Source of the DNA: an uncultured virus (IMG/VR IMGVR_UViG_3300014826_000102)
Taxonomy: Duplodnaviria > Heunggongvirae > Uroviricota > Caudoviricetes
IMG/VR virus record: IMGVR_UViG_3300014826_000102
DNA: 20,000 nt
Reading direction: 5' to 3' (one strand)
Below, one piece after another: positions 16,401-20,000 of the stretch. Below the pieces are notes generated by a model, which was not told where the DNA came from, did no database searches, and saw nothing but the letters and a program-made list of their open reading frames with translations. Each line of letters begins with the position of its first letter. Position 1 is the first letter of the stretch. The position numbers were made by a program, and so were the translations under genes.

Positions 16401-17982
16401 GGAGGTCCGAGAAATCCTTGACTTTTATGCCTGCCATATTGGCGAATTTCTCCGTATCCGTGAACATCTTGTTGATGAAGTTGGTAAGTGCGGTGGAAGC
16501 CGTCTCGTCCCTCAGCATATTCTCGTCGAGCACGGCAGCATATCCCATGATGGCTGTCTGTGCGATATTAGCCTGGTTAGAGACACCTGCCATCCGGGCG
16601 GTGAAGTCAACCAGATAACCGGCTGCAGCCGAAGAGTTCTGCGACAGCTCATTGACGGCGGAACCCGTGGCAAGCATGGCACCACGCAATCCCATCCGCT
16701 TATCCTCACCGAAGGTCTGAGCCAGCTTACCGATGTTCTTCACGGCGTTCTCGCCAAGATCATCACCTAAGGAGACGTTTATCTTATCGGCGGCATCAAC
16801 GAAGTCCATGATACCCTGCTTGCCTTTGATGCCCAGCCTGCCGGCATCACCAGCGAGTTGATTCAACCGCTCACGAGACGTACGTGTATCTATCCTCTTG
16901 AACTCCTCGTTCATTTCGTGTACCTCTTCGGTTGTCTGCCCGGTATATTTACGCACGTTAGCCATCTCCTCCTCCATCTGGGCGAAGTCAGCGATACATT
17001 GCTGGATACGGAAGCGGAGCTGGGTAAACATTGTAATCAAGATTATGAAGGCACCCTGAACCTTGTTGAAGCCGTCAGCCATACGGCTTAGCCAACCTTG
17101 TTGCGCCTTGCCCTCATACCGTGTTCTCTCCAACTCAGTACGGAGCTTCTTTACTTGCAGTTCCATCTCCCGGAACTCGGCAGTACCGCGAGGGATTTTA
17201 CGCATCCGCTCATTCAGTATCTTGATGGAGTACTCCAGGTCACGTATATTGGCAGAACTGATATTTGTAAGCGTCTTATTGACTAATTCAGTCTCACGCC
17301 TGGTTACCTCAATGGATTTGTTAGCCTCCTGAATCTCCTTGTCATAACGGTCAATAGTTGACGCAAGCTGTTTTTGCTGCGCATTGATGGCAGCTATCCT
17401 GCCTTCTATCATTACCAGGTGCTGATTCTCGGCTTTCCAGGGACCCGATGTCGGATCCAGCCCAGCCATATTCTCTCGGAGTAAAGCAGCTGCCCGGTTA
17501 AGATTATCCAAAGAAGTGTGCTCGAGATTATGTATGACCCGGTAGAGGAACTGCGCTTTATCATGGAAAGTAGCAAAGCCCTCTGCAGCATTTTTACCTT
17601 CTGACTTTATCTCTGCCAACCGGGCTTTGCATTGCTCCAGCTGACCGTTCAACACCTTGAACTCCGCACTGTCAGAAGGTAACCCTTTCATCTGCATGCG
17701 GAGGGAACGCATTGCCTTGTTAATCTGATCTAGGGACGCTGAGGAAAGGTTTGCCAGGATATCATTTACGGACATGGTTTGCTGGCGGAAGCGCTCCATT
17801 TCCCTTGTGGCAGATTTCAGTTTCTTATCCAAGCCCTCTATCCATGAGGTATGCCCAAGAGAGAGAGCGTCTTTCTTAGCTTTCTCCAGTCTCTCTACCT
17901 TCTTCGTCAGCTTATCGAGCATATCAATGGCTTGCTGACCATTGATCTCTGTTGTGATGACGTAACGTTCGTTCTTCGCCAT
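13432..17982 (-). CDS. Phage tail tape measure protein, 1516 aa
   Basis: Long helical/coiled-coil protein with a TP901-type core (FAQMEEEMANVRKYTG...AGRLGI...FVDAADKINVSLGDDLG), central hydrophobic segments, and C-terminal GYYEGGYTG...AGVVHEGEFV. Confidence 0.9.
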   Translation of the reverse strand: MAKNERYVITTEINGQQAIDMLDKLTKKVERLEKAKKDALSLGHTSWIEGLDKKLKSATREMERFRQQTMSVNDILANLSSASLDQINKAMRSLRMQMKGLPSDSAEFKVLNGQLEQCKARLAEIKSEGKNAAEGFATFHDKAQFLYRVIHNLEHTSLDNLNRAAALLRENMAGLDPTSGPWKAENQHLVMIEGRIAAINAQQKQLASTIDRYDKEIQEANKSIEVTRRETELVNKTLTNISSANIRDLEYSIKILNERMRKIPRGTAEFREMELQVKKLRTELERTRYEGKAQQGWLSRMADGFNKVQGAFIILITMFTQLRFRIQQCIADFAQMEEEMANVRKYTGQTTEEVHEMNEEFKRIDTRTSRERLNQLAGDAGRLGIKGKQGIMDFVDAADKINVSLGDDLGENAVKNIGKLAQTFGEDKRMGLRGAMLATGSAVNELSQNSSAAAGYLVDFTARMAGVSNQANIAQTAIMGYAAVLDENMLRDETASTALTNFINKMFTDTEKFANMAGIKVKDFSDLLRTDANQAVITFLKAMKEKGGFAELAPLLNDMNLSGQRAVSVLTVLANRVDDVQERQKLANVEYQKATSILNEFNVQNNTVQARLDKRRKQFHDLSVELGERLLPMAEHTMSLASAFVKVLNESIKFVAKYRSTIILLSTAIGLLVLKKEADVLISKAEVIWNEKVATAFSKLWGVLRANPYAAVAAVASAVIGLLIDHVASANKASKALDGLNKVRENAKVKMEEERGELELLISASKDERLSLDERKRSINAIKSIVPGYIEQLDEETGKYKENKKALDDYLASLAHKYELEGAKELLADLGSQIAKVRTEITKAEKAAKDTKVLQSSVAKATGYNQAETMFLHQNTSQAESHLQDANKRLENLLKQRQGIYDTYGVDLKKDAIRSAEQVNVENNDDVPPGPTGSPGKDDKKDPAEELKKQLKEQEDLRKAATDAELADNMLRYRAGEQDYRQFLANQQRIQEQGLQRRMEVWRAHSEQYPLEYSRLEKRLAALQLNGDEELGRMREDELERNHQALLAHWESEFNDVNSNLYQNQHEQNEILFQEDIMYLREKAALYRKGSYERMQVEWEIDERIEQHKLDNQRSFQQMLRDVRMNYLEAGDNERMAAELANLEVLNNNKLLAEEDYQRAKLAIQAKYSKSQTPGEKTQATANDMLKVAGDQARNSLGSSADTFFVGTIQQYTTTMEKLKELYGNDQQNHEAYLQAKAQATAQFCQQMAQQLQVAYDSVNQILSSVSNLYSAQADYETAQVEKKYEKQIAAAGKNQVRQKKLEEKKEKEIAAIKTKYNRKQVKMQIAQALAQTAIGALNAYSSVWAGAPWPANQVLAPIAAAMAVAAGMLQVAAIKKQAAAQEAGYYEGGYTGGNKYHREAGVVHEGEFVANHHAVNNPAITPMLDLIDRAQRNNTVGSLTAADVTRQLGQGASVVAPVVNVTTDNADMQESADQLSSAAQELREKLSEPIPCYVVLDGPDGLMAQIKHLEKLKDI

Positions 17983-17989
17983 AGTTCAG

Positions 17990-18016
17990 TTTTGCATTAA
18001 TAACAATGCAAAAGTA
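17990..18016 (-). promoter_or_regulatory. -7 promoter element for TMP, overlapped by a 9-bp inverted repeat
   Basis: TACTTTTG (18009-18016, reverse complement); TTTTGCATT-N6-AATGCAAAA at 17990-18013. Confidence 0.55.
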
Positions 18017-18046
18017 AACCAGGCAGATGCTTGATAAAACTACAAT

Positions 18047-18072
18047 AAAAAAAGCCCCGCCGAAGCGGAGCC
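18047..18072 (-). terminator. Intrinsic terminator of the 65-aa gene
   Basis: Minus strand reads GGCTCCGC-TTCG-GCGGGGCT followed by a T-run. Confidence 0.85.
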
Positions 18073-18074
18073 TT

Positions 18075-18272
18075 TTACAGTTTACCTATTTTCCGTAAAT
18101 ATTCTTGGTCGCGTTTACGACTTTCTTCCTCTACCTTATTTAACAATTTGATAAAATCGCCAACCTCCTTCTTTGTCGGAGGAATGGATGAAGTGTCAAA
18201 TATCTTGCTTATCAGCCAGAAGAAGCCGATAATCATCAGAACCGGGAATACACTATCAAGAAGCATCGTCAT
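18075..18272 (-). CDS. Small single-TM membrane protein (moron), 65 aa
   Basis: N-terminal TM (VFPVLMIIGFFWLI) and a charged C-terminus. AT-rich; has its own -7 element (TATATTTG, 18299-18306 reverse complement) and terminator. Confidence 0.7.
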   Translation of the reverse strand: MTMLLDSVFPVLMIIGFFWLISKIFDTSSIPPTKKEVGDFIKLLNKVEEESRKRDQEYLRKIGKL

Positions 18273-18365
18273 AACCGTACCGTTTTAAGTTTACATTGCA
18301 AATATACAAAATTTACAGATAAGTTGTATCGTTTCAGTCGATTTTAACACTTCCAAATAAGATAG

Positions 18366-18426
18366 GAAAATCCCCCGTATCTCACGACAAAGGGGACATG
18401 TTTAACTTTACAAATATAAAAAATAC
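18366..18426 (-). ncRNA. Candidate ~60-nt small RNA
   Basis: -7 element TATCTTTG (18431-18438, reverse complement), then a short AT-rich stretch ending in the terminator TCCCCTTTGTC-GTGA-GATACGGGGGA-TTTT. Confidence 0.4.
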
Positions 18427-18473
18427 GGTGCAAAGATAAGAAATTCCATTGATATCTCCTAACATTGCGAAAG

Positions 18474-18503
18474 AAAAACGCCCTACCCTCACGGGCAAGG
18501 CGT
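18474..18503 (-). terminator. Intrinsic terminator of the prophage 2 lysis cassette
   Basis: Minus strand reads ACGCCTTGCCC-GTGA-GGGTAGGGCGT-TTTT. Confidence 0.75.
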
Positions 18504-18586
18504 ACATGAATAACAAATACTAATTAAACCAAATCCTAAACTTAAAACATAATTTTAAAAATCGGAATTACTACTAAGTCAAAATT

Positions 18587-19111
18587 TTATGAACCTCTAA
18601 ATATTCTCAGCTTCTTATTAAGAAGGACAGCTGCTATGACACAGGAGAGGAATCCCAGACAAAAAGCGTAAAGGTAATTCGGCAACCTCGTGTAGAACGG
18701 AGGGTCCCTGACGATGACCTTCTGGCGGGACATTAATTCTTTAAGTTCCCTCAGCTCCATAAGGGTACTATTCCTTTCCTCAATGGAGACTTTAGCCAAT
18801 TCCCGGTAGAATTGTATACTGTCGGATGAGTGGCTCACACGCTCTCTGCTATGCCAGTGCTCCTGGGAGATGATATTACCCTGTTGATCCTTGATGATGA
18901 CAGAGGAATCCTTGGTACTGGTAGAGTCAGTCTTTGACTTGACGGCACGGACTGAGTCCTTCCAGCGTATGGAATCCTTGATATTCACACTGTCACGGAT
19001 ATGGACGGAGTCACGGACGGCGGTCGACTGTCGCTCCATGGAGCGTGATGTCTTGCAGCCATACAGCCCTAATAGGGCGAAAAACGGGATGATGATTAAC
19101 AGTTGTCGCAT
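18587..19111 (-). CDS. Lipoprotein with C-terminal TM; putative unimolecular spanin
   Basis: Lipobox LYGC, repeated xxDS beta motifs, and C-terminal TM YLYAFCLGFLSCVIAAVLL-NKK. Overlaps the end of the amidase gene. Confidence 0.65.
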   Translation of the reverse strand: MRQLLIIIPFFALLGLYGCKTSRSMERQSTAVRDSVHIRDSVNIKDSIRWKDSVRAVKSKTDSTSTKDSSVIIKDQQGNIISQEHWHSRERVSHSSDSIQFYRELAKVSIEERNSTLMELRELKELMSRQKVIVRDPPFYTRLPNYLYAFCLGFLSCVIAAVLLNKKLRIFRGS

Positions 19112-19572
19112 CTTGATATCTTATTAAGTTCAGCATACTCATCCATTGCGTTGAAACAGGGACATGCCTTGACGTATTCCCATGGATCAACGATACCGTT
19201 ATGATTCAGGTCTGGAGAGACATCCCGATGACCCATAATCAGTGCATCAGGATACTTCATCTTCAATTTGGCGACCCAGTCGTAAAGAGCCATCTTCTGT
19301 TGCTCCGTCCGGTTGTCAATACCCTTCGGGTGCGCCTTATCGATGCCGCCTATCCATGCTACATGGATGGAATGGGCATTGTAGCCTTTCACTCCGTTTG
19401 CCACCTTGCCCTCGTCGAGCAACTGGTGGACGTTACCCTGACAGTCTATCACCCAGTGATATCCGGGAGCGGACCAGCCCTTCGCCCGGAACTCCGCAAG
19501 CAGGGAGGCGATAGTGGTTGACTGCTGGTAAGATGCCGTGCAATGGACGAATATACGTGTAATGGATCTCAT
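19096..19572 (-). CDS. Endolysin, N-acetylmuramoyl-L-alanine amidase (T7 lysozyme-like, Amidase_2)
   Basis: IFVHCTA, GYHWVI, GVKGYN, GHRD and KACPCF Zn-ligand motifs. Confidence 0.92.
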   Translation of the reverse strand: MRSITRIFVHCTASYQQSTTIASLLAEFRAKGWSAPGYHWVIDCQGNVHQLLDEGKVANGVKGYNAHSIHVAWIGGIDKAHPKGIDNRTEQQKMALYDWVAKLKMKYPDALIMGHRDVSPDLNHNGIVDPWEYVKACPCFNAMDEYAELNKISRCDNC

Positions 19573-19573
19573 A

Positions 19574-19825
19574 TCATTCTTTTTTTAAGTTCATTTCCGG
19601 AAGGCGACTGTCAATATAGTCCTTCACCTCTGTCACTTTACCCCGTACCCATATTGAGATGCCGAACACGCCCCCAGAGAACGAGATACACATACCTAGC
19701 ACACCAAGGACACCGTTTGTGACATCCCCCTGCATCAAGAAATTGATATAGCAGAGTGCAATGCCGGCTACCAGCGAGAAGACCGCACAGGCATACTGGA
19801 TCTTGTCTTTCGAGTCAACTGTCAT
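19574..19825 (-). CDS. Putative holin (two TM), 83 aa
   Basis: Two hydrophobic helices and a charged C-terminus. Its stop lies 1 nt from the amidase start. Confidence 0.7.
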   Translation of the reverse strand: MTVDSKDKIQYACAVFSLVAGIALCYINFLMQGDVTNGVLGVLGMCISFSGGVFGISIWVRGKVTEVKDYIDSRLPEMNLKKE

Positions 19826-19846
19826 AGTTTAATTCTTTTGTCGATA

Positions 19847-19854
19847 CAAAGGTA
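19847..19854 (-). promoter_or_regulatory. -7 promoter element upstream of the holin
   Basis: TACCTTTG on the minus strand, 21 nt upstream of the holin ATG. No clear -33 TTTG. Confidence 0.45.
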
Positions 19855-19899
19855 CCTACAGTCATACGTTTATAAAATTACAACTAATATTTTAAGGCT

Positions 19900-20000
19900 A
19901 TGTTTGATAAAATAAGGTACAGGCTGGTGTATAACCGTAAGCACCAGCTTAACAAGGACGGACGGGGACTCGTCCAAATGGAATGTTTACTGAATGGACG
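19900..20000 (+). CDS. N-terminus of a third tyrosine recombinase/integrase (arm DNA-binding domain), 3'-truncated by window edge
   Basis: ATG 19900 gives MFDKIRYRLVYNRKHQLNKDGRGLVQMECLLNG..., resembling the IRYRLVxNR..LNKxG.xLVQ.E start of Bacteroidales site-specific integrases. Not in the ORF track. Confidence 0.7.
   Translation, partial: MFDKIRYRLVYNRKHQLNKDGRGLVQMECLLNG

Larger units (their letters stand above)
10305..20000. mobile_element. Prophage 2 (or prophage-like element) integrated at the tRNA-Met 3' end; continues beyond window
   Basis: Integrase directly downstream of the tRNA, followed by tape measure, spanin-like, amidase and holin genes. Confidence 0.8.

Noticed and set aside
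13741..17332. Many + strand ORFs (60-215 aa) opposite the tape measure gene
   Set aside because: Antisense shadows of a long coding sequence, with no recognisable motifs.
18273..18430. Antisense pairing of the candidate sRNA 5' end (ACCGTA) with the moron leader (TACGGT) as a type I toxin-antitoxin system
   Set aside because: Only 6 bp, and possibly upstream of the transcription start; too weak to support.
1..20000. DGR template repeat or reverse transcriptase within the window
   Set aside because: By eye, no second copy of the VR on either strand and no ORF with RT motifs (e.g. YxDD in an RT context). A computational self-alignment would confirm this.

Overview
Bacteroidales (Prevotella-like) DNA with two prophage ends flanking a ~1 kb host island. 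Left prophage (1 to ~9.3 kb, + strand): virion/tail genes, then a diversity-generating retroelement (DGR) target gene with a recognisable variable repeat and GAAA hairpin. It is followed by an Avd gene truncated at 44 codons, with no template repeat or reverse transcriptase, so the DGR looks deleted or 'frozen'. Next come a holin-like / GH108 lysozyme / unimolecular-spanin-like lysis cassette and a convergent tyrosine integrase with phased arm-type repeats. Host island: a TetR regulator (-) with a palindromic operator, and a divergent tRNA-Met(CAT). Right element, just downstream of the tRNA 3' end: a tyrosine integrase (+), then on the - strand a 609-aa putative tail protein, a 1516-aa tape measure protein, a separately transcribed 65-aa membrane moron, a candidate ~60-nt sRNA, and spanin-like/amidase/holin genes. 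The N-terminus of a third integrase starts at 19900 and is missing from the ORF track. All family calls come from motif recognition, not database searches.
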